Of a stretch of 64,000 nucleotides of DNA, positions 1-12,700 are shown piece by piece; within the stretch, counting starts at the first letter, position 1; every line of letters begins with the position of its first letter. This DNA is from Guillardia theta CCMP2712 (lineage: Eukaryota > Protista > Cryptophyta): assembly GCF_000315625.1 (NCBI RefSeq), contig NW_005434584.1:62001-126000 (forward strand), read 5' to 3'. The position numbers and the translations under genes were made by a program. The notes under the pieces were generated by a model, which was not told the origin of the DNA, made no database searches, and saw only the letters and a list, made by a program, of their open reading frames with translations.

Positions 1-294
1 TTGGTACCTGTTTCCTGCCATTTCACGTATCGTTGGGTCCGCGAGCGATCCTCGTACTCACTATCTCAATTTTTTAGTTGACAGCAAAATTTACTATGAT
101 GTGTTGCCATACGGTTGTGTGGTCATTTGTATGGTAAATATGGTAACATGTATCTGTAAGGTGACGAATCTGATGTGTACCAGGACCAAGGGTATCATAG
201 TAAATTTTGCTGTCAACTAAAAAATTGAGATAGTCAGTACGAGGATCGCTCCCGGACCCACCGGTACGAAAAATGGCAGAGATACAGGTACCAA
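1..294. repeat. Long imperfect inverted repeat: arms 1-100 and 194-294, spacer 93 bp
   Basis: 1-100 (ttggtacctg...ttttttagttgacagcaaaatttactatgat) is the near reverse complement of 194-294 (atcatagtaaattttgctgtcaactaaaaaa...caggtaccaa). The left arm may extend beyond the window. Confidence 0.9.
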
Positions 295-809
295 GGGGTC
301 CTGGTACAGATTCGTAACCTTACAATTATGGGTAGGAGGTTTCTTCCGGATCATATTATTATGTATCCGATTTTCGGGTTGTACCAGAATTTATGAAAGT
401 TTATAGTTCGCAATAAATTTCCCATAAAATTGCGCAATGGCTTCAGAAGAGGATGAAAGACGGTGCTGTGAGCGATTCTGAGTAGATGAGAGCATTCTTT
501 TCCTCTTTACATCATAGCTAGCCATATGACAATGGATGTATGATGTACATAATTTTTATGGCGCAATCCCTATATATCTGTTGCTGTCCTTTTAGGGTTA
601 TAGGGTTGCGCGCAGTAATAAAATTCATAAAAGTAGTTATTAAGCACGCAACTTGATATAGTTATATAATGTACGGGGTACTTTTCCATGCAAAATCAAG
701 GACCGGTAGTATACAAGTTATCTAACATGACGTTCCTAGGATACGTGCGTCAAAGATTGCGCTGAAATAATTTGTACCAGGAAAAAGTTAAGTAAAGTAT
801 TGTTGGTGT

Positions 810-2380
810 ATGCGAACAGTTGAACGTAAAACCACCCCACTGACCGAAAATGGATTGCGTCTGGGGACAGAGACAGCGGACAATGCAAGTAGTGTAGCCT
901 CTTTCACGAGGGATGTGTCTACTAACAGAACAGACCGAGATATACATGCGTATGATGCGATGAGGAACAAACGAATCGCTGAGAGCACTCAGAAGGTATA
1001 TCGTTACAAAATTCTAAAACTCGTCGATATCCTCCGAAAGAAAGCGAAGCGCGCTCAAAGAGCTCAAAGAGCAGGCGAGTCCAACGAGTATGAAATATAC
1101 TTAAACGCTTAGAATGAGTCTGGACAATTGAATTTACCACTTTCATGGATGGCAGTTAAGGGATTGTTCGGCTATTTGACAAGAAGTACCGGTATGACAA
1201 AGAGAAGGAAGAGGAGGCGAGGGCAACATGGCGACATAGACGCCGATGACGACAGTAGCGACGAGAGTGACTCCGATGACGGTGAGCACATGGTAGAGGA
1301 AGCATCGAGCTCCACTGCCAACAATGTCAAACATCAGACGTTGTCTGTTGGCGCATTACAAGGATAAAAGAGCGCATTGAAGGACTTTTATTTCGAGCAC
1401 AATCAGGAATTTCACAGCGATAGGGGTAAAAGGAAATGACTGGGATGACTTTAGACCAGAACTTGGATAAAATCATCCAAGCATATGCGAAACATGTCAC
1501 TGAGAAAAAAGTCAATGGAGAGATGCGTATAAAAGAAGGCAAGAATTTGTTGACGGTGCAAGGATACTTGGAAGTATGCAAAAAGGGAAGAAATCAACAT
1601 GCTGCGAGAAGAGTTGAAGGTTGGAATAACGAAGATACCTGAAGCTGTGACAGAAACAATCCTAAAGAAAATCGAAATCAATGGTGTTGTACCTGTACAG
1701 AGAGATGATATAAAGGAATTGGAGCAACGACTGAACGAGTCTATTCAAGAATTGTCTCGACGCATTGAACAAATGTTCCAGTACAGGCGAAGTACGGGTG
1801 GATGTGACAGATCGGCAGGCATGACCTCGGAGTCGTCAGGTGGCGGCGGCAGTGGGCATGACATGACCTGGGGTGTTGGCACGGACTCATCAGTACAAGG
1901 GGCCCGGGGATTTGTTCAAGTGGGACACAGGTGAAATCTGTATGGCTCCTCAAAATTACGATTTTGTGCAGAAGGTAGACTGTAAGAACCTGTGTCAACG
2001 TTGGCACTGTGGGGAACAATTTGTTGAGAATGGAATAGCAAAAAAGATATGCCCTTTGAAGAAGTTGAAACCGGAATTTATCCGCAAGAAAAGGATGCGG
2101 CAAAACTTTTGCAAGGCACGGAAAGTTATGGAGAAGCTTGAGCACATGGCAAGAGATAAAGGCGGACTAGAGGGACAGGAGAAAGTCACTGTAGAGAATT
2201 ACCAAAATTGTTTTGACACAGCATACAAAAAGCCGCGAAGTTATAGAAAAAATTTATGGGGATGATTCATGGAAGAAGGAAAACGAGAAGAAGAAGTATG
2301 AAAGCTTGTCGTACATTACAGTTTACAAGTATATACGGCGGCCACCTGCAGAGGCAAACGACATTGACAGCAGGTGAGAT
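810..2380 (+). mobile_element. Degraded, internally deleted Crypton-like (tyrosine recombinase) DNA transposon ORF
   Basis: Fragments in several frames read STQKVYRYKI..., LQG*KSALKDFY..., KKVNGEMRIKEGKNLLTVQGY (Crypton N-terminal-type motifs), then MAPQNYDF...LCQRWHCG...ICPLKKL...RQNFCKARKVM...LSYITVYK (Crypton C-terminal-type region). In-frame stops at 1110 and 1365 plus frameshifts. No catalytic R..HxxR..Y core visible. Confidence 0.6.
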
Positions 2381-2615
2381 GAATGAGATGAATGTTATAC
2401 TGGTCAAACTGATGAAATGCTCATGATCAGTGATCGTATCCACGATGAACGAAGTGGAGAAGCTTTGCGAAGGACACATGAGGAAAGAATGAATGAAGAA
2501 CAGGTGAACCGGGGGCCACTGGAAGGGGTCATCGCAACTTCGAATCCTTCGCAATCAAGTACGTTAGCCTAGAAACGCCTAGTAACATCATTACAACTGG
2601 ACATGAAAATGTGCA

Positions 2616-2646
2616 TCAAGAAGCAACATTTAATGTTGCTTCTTGA
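2616..2646. repeat. Perfect palindrome, 15-bp arms with 1-nt centre
   Basis: tcaagaagcaacatt-t-aatgttgcttcttga. Confidence 0.95.
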
Positions 2647-3154
2647 CGTCTCCCACATGGTGCGGTGTAAAGATCAGTTATGCTTGAAACAGAATATAAC
2701 TGACTCAATCGACGAAATATTCTTTTGGGAAGAACAGCAGAGCTTTGACCCAGGATAACTACAGGGAAGAGTTCTTACCTGCCAGTGTGCGAGTAGCAAA
2801 TTCAGTGTGCGAGTAGCAAATTCAGGCAAATTCAGGCTGCTTTGTACTTGGCACTTCGATGTTTCTACTCGATCTCTTTGTTGGAACTGCTTCGCTGGGT
2901 AGATGAAAGATACAGGCTACTCTCTGACTCAAGGGATGCTTGTCTCCTGGCAAAGGACTTAGCCATTTTCCACGAAGCTTTTGTTTTAAAATAGTTTTAG
3001 ATTGAAGGATTGGTACAAATGTGTACCAGAATATTGAGTGAAGATGGTGGGGTCACGTACAAAGTTGGGGTTCATGTGTGGTGATAAATAATGTCAGCAG
3101 GCGAGTACCCCACCCCGTCTGCCCCCATTAGTTGTTAACATTTGTCCTTACCGT

Positions 3155-3500
3155 TTGTCACTACTAGCTTGCCATTTGTCACTACTAGCTTGCCATTTGT
3201 CACTACTAGCCGTTGAAAAACAACTTCTGTACCTTCTCTTGAGATCTTGAGAAGACTAATTCTTTTTAGTAGCAAAAACAATTATTGTAGTAGCAAAAAC
3301 AATTACTGTCAACCTTTCAACTTCTGTACCTTCTCTTGAGATCTTGAGAAGACTAATTCTTTTTAGTAGCAAAAACAATTATTGTAGTAGCAAAAACAAT
3401 TACAATTACGGCAAAAACAATTACTGTTAACCTTTTCAACTTCTGTACCTTCTCTGCAATGTTTGAGAAGACTAATTCTTTTTAGTAGCAAAAACAATTT
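3155..3500. repeat. Tandem repeats upstream of giant gene 1: ~2.7 x 21 bp, then ~3 x ~100-120 bp with internal subrepeats
   Basis: tttgtcactactagcttgcca repeated at 3155-3210; caacttctgtaccttctc...gagaagactaattctttttagtagcaaaaacaatt at about 3221, 3318 and 3437. Confidence 0.9.
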
Positions 3501-3714
3501 TACTATTTTTGGAGCTACTGCTAGCCGTTAAACACAACTTATGTACCGTCAACTTCTGTACCGGTAGCCACACCCCACGAACAGTGGTAATACCCCACAC
3601 ATGTCAAAACTTTTGTGGAAAGGGGGTGGGTACATCTCACACGTGAACCCTCAAAATACCTGGGTAGACTTGCGAGGGGTTGCGGTTGTCTCTGCTCGCA
3701 TCCGTGCCACGGGG

Positions 3715-6700
3715 ATGTCGCAGGTGAGGATGCTGTGTGCTTGTGAGAAGAATGCATCTGACATATCTTAATGTTCATGCAGATGTCGGTGTGGCTGTTT
3801 CTAGCGTGTTGTTGTTCGGTAGCTGTACATGCCGATCGACAATCATTCACGGTTGGGTCAACCACCACGGTTGGAACCATCGCCGAGATGGCTCAGCTGC
3901 ACTTCGACTACGGCGTGAAGGATCTCAAGGCGACCAACTTCAAGATCTACTGGGGTCAGCTTGGAAACACCCTGACCAAGACCAAGCAGACCAGCATTCT
4001 GTCTCCTGGGCATGTGGTCGAGGTTTACATGCCCGGCTTCACCGGAGGGTCGAACTTCTTCGGTGCATCTCGTGGAAGCACTCCGAGCACTGAGAGCACG
4101 ATCAGCTGGATGTCGCAGCAGAACAGCATTGTGATCTCTCAGTCTGTACAAGAGCCCTGGCAACAAGCCATCTCGAGCGACCTGTCACTGTCTGTGAGTG
4201 GCCCAGGAGCAGTTGGATGCATGGGAATCGTAGGCGATGTGTCATCCAACGAAGTGGGCATGTATCTCAACTATGACACATCATCCAAGCAGAACGGTCT
4301 GGGTCCTCTGCCGCCTCTCGGAGGCATCAACGAGGAGTGGCATCAGATGGCCTTCGTGTCTGTCTACGAGAAGCCCGCAACCACATCGTCTGACTGCAGT
4401 GGAGTGAGTCTTTCCGCCTTCGCCAGTACCACCTGCAGCACAGCAAACCTCGTGTACCAAGTACCGTTTGACAAGTACAAGTCACAACGCTTCGGCTCAG
4501 ACAGGCCAAGACTTCCGGTGAGGAAGGAGGCTGGAGCTATCGGAGTGACCAAGAACCCCACGTTTGTGTATGCTGCTGCTGCAGGGAACACAGACGGTAT
4601 CAACCAAGCCGTGTGCATCACTGTGACGATTGTGCCATCCATGACCATCTACTCTTCCCCTACTGCATCAACGCCTACAACCTTTACTATATCCGGGTTG
4701 ACAGGGTCTGGAACACCCGATCAAGTCACGTCATTGTATCAAAACAAATGTCAATGTGAAGGCAATCAAGAGGGGCTGTTTCCAACGAGATTCCAATCCA
4801 TCAGTTACGGTAATCAACTTGGCAAAGGAGACTTTGTTCAAGCAGCGGGAAGCTTGACTTTCCAACTTCTTCCTGGCATGTACATTCAAGCAGGCGAGGT
4901 TGTCATCTTCTCGTTTCAGCTGAAGACGCCAGGCACTGTTTCAGCGGCATCGAAGTCCATTTCGATCTCGATGTCGGGCAAGTATTGTCAGATCTCCGAT
5001 TTCTGTACAGGAGCAACTGGACAGTCCATTACACTTGGTCCTGTTACGTTCAACCCATCAACTAAGATTCTCCAAGCAGTCGGGAACAAGATTCGGGCAA
5101 CTATGTTCCAGAGCTCCTCAGATACTGGCTCTTTATCAAACATGTTTGTGACTTTGGTCCCGAACTTCGACATCCAGACATCTTCCATCCTCACCTTCAC
5201 TGGTCTGTGTGGGACCCAGGAGTTTGGAACTAAGGTAAACATGGTGGGTAACAGGTTTGCTGGGGGCAATCCTTTGACTAGCAAGTGCTCAACCTCTTCG
5301 TTTCCTACCGAGACTGACATTGGAGATCCAAGTCTCGGATACACTGGTCCAACGATGGACTGGAGCCAGTCGTCTGGAACATTGAAGTTGACCTTGACAA
5401 AGGCTCTGGCAGCAGAAGGTACCTATGCCTTCGCATGGAGCTGGAGGGTATCAGACAAGGAGAACTCCGCCTGTACCATGACAGTGTCATTGACTACTGG
5501 CCCGAACCTGGTTCAGAATGAGGCTGTCACGAACCTCGGAGGATCAGTGGGGCTGGTGGAGAAGCCATCTTTCATCAAGTACAGGATCGGACAAGTTACA
5601 ACTCGACCTGACGTCACCAACTACATCTGTGTAACCTTGAAGACCAACTTCAACCTTCAGACGTATCTGAATGCTGGCCAGTACAATGAGGCATCCATTA
5701 CTTTGTCAGGCTTATCAGGAAGCCAAGCTCAGGAAAACTCCAACCCTGACATTGACCACTGTCCATCCTTTGATTGGAACGCTCATTCGCTTGTAACTCC
5801 ATCACAAGCCTCCACTGCGTATTTTACCAGTGCAGTCACAGCCGGATCACCGAACAAAGTTGCAAAATTTGCTGCTGGAGTAGCCAAACTTGTCTTGAAT
5901 CCGGCTCAGAATCTTCCTGCAAATCACGAGATCAAGTTTGCGATCCCGCTGAAGAACTCCAAGGTTGCCCAGCCATGTCAAACAGTCACTCTGACCTTCA
6001 ATGCCTTGTATCAGAGTCAAAACAGCCAGGTGTCTTATGCAGCCACACAGACAGTACAGATGGTTGTGTCTCCTGTGAATCGTGCCCTGCAAGATGGAGA
6101 GATGGACGGAGATGCCTGTCCCTTGAAGGTCTACGACAAGGGCTTCTTGACCCGGTTGATCACCCAGCAGACGCCTCTGATCCAAGAGAACAACGTACTG
6201 ACCATTTCTCTCCGCTCGAATGTTGATCTTGGTTTGAATGGGTACGGTGCAACCATCACCATTGCAGGCTTGACGGGAACAGACACCACGCAGACATCTC
6301 TGACTGCACTATCACCGGCGTCAACAGACTACTACTCTCCGATCATTCAGAAGACTGAGTGGTCTCAGTCGAACGGTCAGATGATCATTCACCTTCCTTC
6401 ATCTTCCACTTGTCAGATGCCCATCAAGGGAACAACGACCAACTGTATGATGGCTGGCTGGACTTATGTGCTTCAATATGCCTTTGTGAATAGTCAAACC
6501 CAGCAGTCCAACCCCGCTGTATCTATCTCCGCGTCGTTTGCGGACGATGAACAGACCAAATCGCAGACGGCAACTCTTCCGCTGTCAAGTTACAAACATC
6601 CATTGTTTTTGACGAGCAACCTGCTCAACAAGTACGAGATCGGCCAGTTGTATCCAGCGCCAGGTGCAGTCAATCCTGTATGTGTCACCCTCAGACCAAA

Positions 6701-9700
6701 CAAGAACATTGTCAAACAGACTAAGTTTACTTTGACTGGACTGCCGATGTTTACCTCCACGTCCACAGTTGACTTCTACGATGAATATGGAATCCATCCT
6801 CTATCAAGCACTTCACTGAGGGGCTACTTCACCACAATTTCTGGTAACAACATCGCAGACAAAGCAGACTACGACAATGGTAACGGACAGATTCAGTTTC
6901 AATTTGTGACCAAGACATTGATTCTCGGAACGAAGTACAAGTTCTGCTTCCGTATGATCAATCAGAACTCTGCCTACAAGAACGGGGGCTCCTGTCCGTC
7001 AGTGTCGTTGATTGTTAGCTCCAGCGACGCTCCGAGTGCAGCGCCTGGTGTACAGACGTACACCATGAAGCAAGATGATGTGAAGAGGGTCTATGGGTAT
7101 GAGTCAGAGCCGTCAAGCTGCGCTGGCTACATCGTGAATCCTTCGTTTCCGCTTGCGACCATTCGATCTAGCTCCAATGTCACCTCAAACACTGTATGGA
7201 TGACTGTGGAATTGCAACCCAACTATGCATTGACAACAAGTCAGGCCGTAACAGTCGCTTCACTCACTGGGTTCATCGCCTCGCCTGATACGTTTACCTG
7301 CTGGATCAGCAGGAATGGCGAGTATGTCAACGTAGCTGCAAATGATGTGAGTGGAAACATTCATGCAAGCGACTTTGAATCAACATGCACCTTCAAGCAG
7401 AACGAGTTCAAGATGACTTACCAGCAATCACCCAATCTGCCTGTCTACAACCCTTACTTCAATGTAAACGCGATGAGATCGAACGGCATCTACGAGATAG
7501 TGGTGTTATCAGGCGGGTCAGGCTACACTGAGACCCCTACGGTTGTGATTTGTGGGTCTGAGTTCTACTTGAGCTCCACTTGCACTGCAAACAATGTGAT
7601 GTATGGAGTGGGACAGGGAGCGACAGCCACTGCAACGATCTCGGGTGGAGCGGTCACTGCGATCACCATCACCGACCCTGGACATGGATACTCTATCACT
7701 CCTGTGGTCATCGTCATACCTGCAGCAACCGAGACCGCAACTGTGACTGCAGCTAAGGCGCAGGCTTATCTGTACGACAGGAGCATCTACACCGTTCAGT
7801 TTCAGATTCAGAATCCAAGCGCAGAGCAGTCCGCACTCGCGTTGTCGATCCAAGCAACATTCAACTTTCCATCACAGGCTATAGTATCTGGAACACAGAC
7901 AAACGGATTGCAGATGATAGCATCGTCTTCGGATGTCGTCTTGAACATTGTTCCGCAGGTCCGCTTGTTTGCAGGAGACTCCCTGCTTGTGAACCTTCCA
8001 GCATACGAAGTCGAAGAGTCTGGACCTCTGTTTGGAGTTCAGTCCTCGAACCCGGCGTTCACCACCTTCACCTCACAGTTAGAATGGGAGTTGTTTGGCA
8101 GCTCCGAAGATAAGGCGAGGGCGTATCTGTCCAAGGGGTATGTTGCTGACGGCAACACGCATCGCTCTGGGGATGCAGACGTGGACGGAGTGTTTGTGTT
8201 GTCACCGTCTGATGACGGCTACAAGAAGAACAAGGACCTCTGCTGGAGCCACAAGCAGTGCCCTTGGGGAGCGTCAGACTATGATGTTGGGGATCAGGCA
8301 TCCTACACGCTGTCGAAGGTTCAGTTTGCAGGACCAAGTCCTCTTGGATACACCCACGAGGCTTGTTACACCGCTTCTGTGTCAGCATCACAATCCGATT
8401 ACGTCGGCATGCAGATCTCTTGCAGAAACAACGCCTTCTCAGCATCGACAACACCTGGGTCCTCTGTGACCGCAATCAAGGTCAAGTTTGCAGGACTCTA
8501 TGAAGTGACTGCACAGGCATCTGCTCAGACAGTAACCATCTCTCAATCAGATGCCGGATCTGGAAGCTCTGCCTCAGCTTCAATCTCTTATCAGGTGGCA
8601 AGGCTCTCTCTCCATACAGGGGACTTGGCAAACTGCCAGAGCATTACATTCTCTGCCACCGCTGGAACTCAGTTAATTGCAGCGAAGGCTGAAGTTGTTA
8701 TGTCTATTGTTGCATCTACCACAGACGTTCGCTACAGGATTGACATCACTAATCCCGGGTTGTACACGACCTTTCCAACTGCGACATGTACAGGAGCCAA
8801 CGCTCCAACTATCAAGCTCGAAATGTCCGTTGCAACAGTCAGTGTCACCAGCCAGGGGAGTGGATACGTCTCTATCCCATCCGTTATCTTGTCGGCCGCC
8901 CCTACTGGTGTCACTGTGACGTCTGCACCAGTGTTCGAAGTGATCATGTCTTCGGCAAACCAGAATATTATCACACAAACAATCCTCGATTACAACCCGT
9001 ACTACTCGCCGACCCCTTGCTTTCTTGTGGGGCAGGAGTTCCCATCGTCTTTCTTGAGCGACTGTAGCATCAACGTGAAGGAGAACGTTGGCCAATACAC
9101 AGGAATGACCGCCATGATCGGGTCCAAGGAGTACTTGATCAAGCAGGGAGCAGGAGGCGTGTACTGGGTGGTCGACTCGAACGGCAACAAGCCACGGAAC
9201 GTTGACATAGCCAACAAGCCCTACACCATCTACACCCAGTTGGAGCTGATCGTTGCCAAGAGCGCGAGGGTGGAGCCTGGCGAGTCTGTGTCGATCACCA
9301 TACCTGGGTACAGGTTCAAGTCTTATCCCAAGGACGTCAATGCTTACATCACTCCATCTACCGACGACGCTTCCAACACGACGAGGTACTACTTTGCAAC
9401 CACGCTGCCGGTCAAGAGCTCGTACGTGAAGGGATACGGAGTGTCGGGGATGGTCATAACCGGCGGAACGCTCGCAGGAGACTGCAGCATCAAGTACGTG
9501 GAGGGTCCTCAGAGCATGGGAGGAAACAAGCCGGAGGTTCGCTTCATCTCCGGTACCACCTCCAAGTTTGAGATCACTTACGCGGGAAGCGGATACACAA
9601 CCCCGCCGAGGTTCATCGGTCAGTGTGTGACCAGCACGGGGACGACGAGCTACTTCAACGGAGTCTTCTTGTTGTCGGGAAATTCAGGTGTACGACGAGT

Positions 9701-12700
9701 TGAGGTTGCAGTACAAGGAAACAACTGCCCCTCAGGAACTACTGTAACTATTGAAACTCCCAATCCTTCGGGATCGTATATTGATGGCTTGACGGGATTG
9801 ACTTACGTGGGGCAGCAGGCTTCAGCCATCGTCTTGCTGAATGGAAACAGCGTGTCTCAAGTAGTCCTACAGAACGCGGGAAGTGGGTACATCTCAGCTC
9901 CTTTGGTCACATTTCCTGCCACATGCAACGCACAGGCAAATGCATACATTTCACAGAACTTCTCGTCTACCATTGCGATGCGGTATGAGACAGGAAACTC
10001 CTTCTTGTACGAATGGAACAGGGACCAGACTGACACTCTGACGGGACTTTACGCTTCTGAGTTCTCTTCTGTTTCCATGTTTTCCCTTGAAACAGCGGCT
10101 AGTGGCTCAGCAGAGATCAAGTCCGGCTACGTTGTGTCGATTGCCGTGACAAATGCTGGGAGCACGTGCAACAATCCGAAAGTTACCGTGGACACTCCGG
10201 CAGGAATGTCGAGCACAGCGCAAGCTCAGGCGGAACCAAAAACAATAAACAACGTGTTGCAGTCAATCAACGTGACATACTCGGGGTATGGATACACTTC
10301 AGCCCCTTCAGTCACCATCACAGGTTGTGGAAGCGCATCAGCAGAAGCTTTCTTGAGCTACTCGAATGTCGATGTTCTAGTTGGGGGATCAACTTCATAT
10401 TCCAGCTTCAGAGGGGTGAGCCCCTATCAGGTGACCCAATCTTCTTCAAACTCGTACAAGACTGTCAACCCGGTCACGTCAGCCATGGACTCTCCGGTCT
10501 TGGTAGGTTTCAACGAAGCCTGCTCGAATGGGCAGACTGAAGCATACACATGGGAACAGTCTACCTACATGAACTCTCGGGTGACTGGAGTAACCATCAC
10601 CAGCGCAGGAGCAGGATACACCTTCAAAGGAACCAATGTGACCTTCACTGCATCTCCACTTGGTACCTCCAACATGTACGCGACCGCCAAGGGTGTACCG
10701 ACATGGTCGTTTCCTCCAAGGACAACTGCGACTGGGGCTGTAATTACCTTGAATACCAACGTCCTGTTGTACAAGGGGGGCACTTTGTCCACAGCAACAG
10801 GATGCGACAACGTCGTTTTGTTGTTCTCCTATCCTGAAAGATTAGGAGGAACGCAGCTACAGATCAAGATCACAAGTGTTGCATTCAAGACTTCACAGAT
10901 CAACCAGCAGGGATCAGGGTATGCTTCAATCCCTTATGTGTACGACATCCTCTTCAGTGACGGAAGGTACTTCCTCAAGGATGGGTACACTGGTGCTACC
11001 GGAAACTGCATCCCGCAGTACTTTGCGATTGATATGACTCGGCTGACTAATCTCGCATCGGGCGTTGGGTTGGTCATCGACGGCGTGTACATGACTCAGG
11101 GGGGATACGGGTACGACACTGCTCCCACTGTTACATTTGACTGCAAGTCCTGCACCATCACCACACAGGCCGTGGCCACAGCTACTCTTGAGAGCGGATG
11201 CTTCAATGGTCAGTGCACTCAGCCATCCTACGCCAACGCCTTCTTCTCGCCTGTCAACAGAAAGAACATTCAAGTCTGCCAGGCGAGCAACCCAGCTTCT
11301 AATGACTACCGTACACGAAAGACGCTCCAGATGCGAGTTTCCTCTGGACAGTCAGCAATCCAGTACTCATCGTCCACTGCATACGCGGCGAAGCGAAACA
11401 GAGGCTTCATGGCATCTGCAGGATCATTGAACTTCTACATCTCTACGCAGAACCTGCTGTCTGCCACGTGCACACCTCCTCAAGTTGTCGTGGAGCCTCC
11501 GACGTCCAGGTCGGGTGTCGCCGCACACGTCGAGCTCGTCGTAGAGAGTGCGAGGGTTGACAGCTACCTCTCTCAGAGTCCATCCTCAGCCGCTGATCTT
11601 CCGGCACAGGCCGCACAGTACAAGCTTGCCATCCGAACCGTGAACCCAGGCTCCGGGTACATCACAGCCCCAAGAGTCTCGTTTGTGAGCGTCGGAAGCA
11701 CTCCCTGCTCGACCACAGGCCTGACTGTTGCAGCAGCGCTTCAAGGCGGAATGTCTGTCTCCACTGTGCGGATTGCTGAATATCCATCCTACATCTGCCC
11801 AGCGCAGACTTACTACCTCAATCCTACAACCAAGACCTTGACAACTACTCAGAGTCAGGGTGCTGCGGTGATCACTTGGGATCGCAAGTCCAATGCTCCT
11901 TATGTGGTCGACGGGGGCTACGGGTACTCGTTTGGATCTCAGCCTCTTGTTCTCTCATGGGCGTCGTGTGGATCCACCACAGTGGTTATCTTCTTCGAAG
12001 ACACCAAGTCGATTGACGGTCAAGGACCTTTCCCTTCATTCTGGCCAGGTGACATGTCTGTGGATCAATCTGTCTGGAGAAATCATGCAGGAGAGGTCAC
12101 GGGTGTCGATCTCCTGTATGAGTCAAGGCACTTCTTTTCAAACCCTACTGTTCCTACCCCGCAGACATTCTTAAACGTCAACATCGCTGCTCGAAGCTTG
12201 AAACAAGCCGGTTTGATCTCAGCGAAATCTAATGACCTCAGGGCGACCACCAACATTGAATTGCCAGTGGAGGATGCGTCTCCCTTCAAGGCCAACGACT
12301 TGATTTTGATTGACAGTGAGATCTTCAAGGTTGGAACGGTAACTGGAAACACTATCACTGTGACCGAGAGAGCTCTAGGCGGTTCTGCAAGAGAAGCACA
12401 TTCGCCTGGAGCTAGTGTCGTGTTGTTCTATCCTGGAACCGCACTTGAGAAAGCTTTACCTGCATCTGTTGCAGGCGTGCTTGAGACGGTTTATGTAGCA
12501 TCAGCAGTTGGGTTTGCAGTGGAGAGCTCGATTGCGATCAATGATGAGTTCATGCTTGTGGCAGGCGTTGATGCAGCGACCAATACGCTGAGTGTGCACA
12601 GAGGATACACGCAGGCAGATGGTACAAAGACGCCTGCACATTCCGCTGCTTCACTTGTGGGGCTGTACAACCCGTTGGCTGCAGTTGCTAGAACACAAGC

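Noticed and set aside
810-2380. Active recombinase driving inversion of the giant-gene pair
   Set aside because: The ORF has stops and frameshifts and no catalytic core; no recombination sites identified; adjacency may be coincidental
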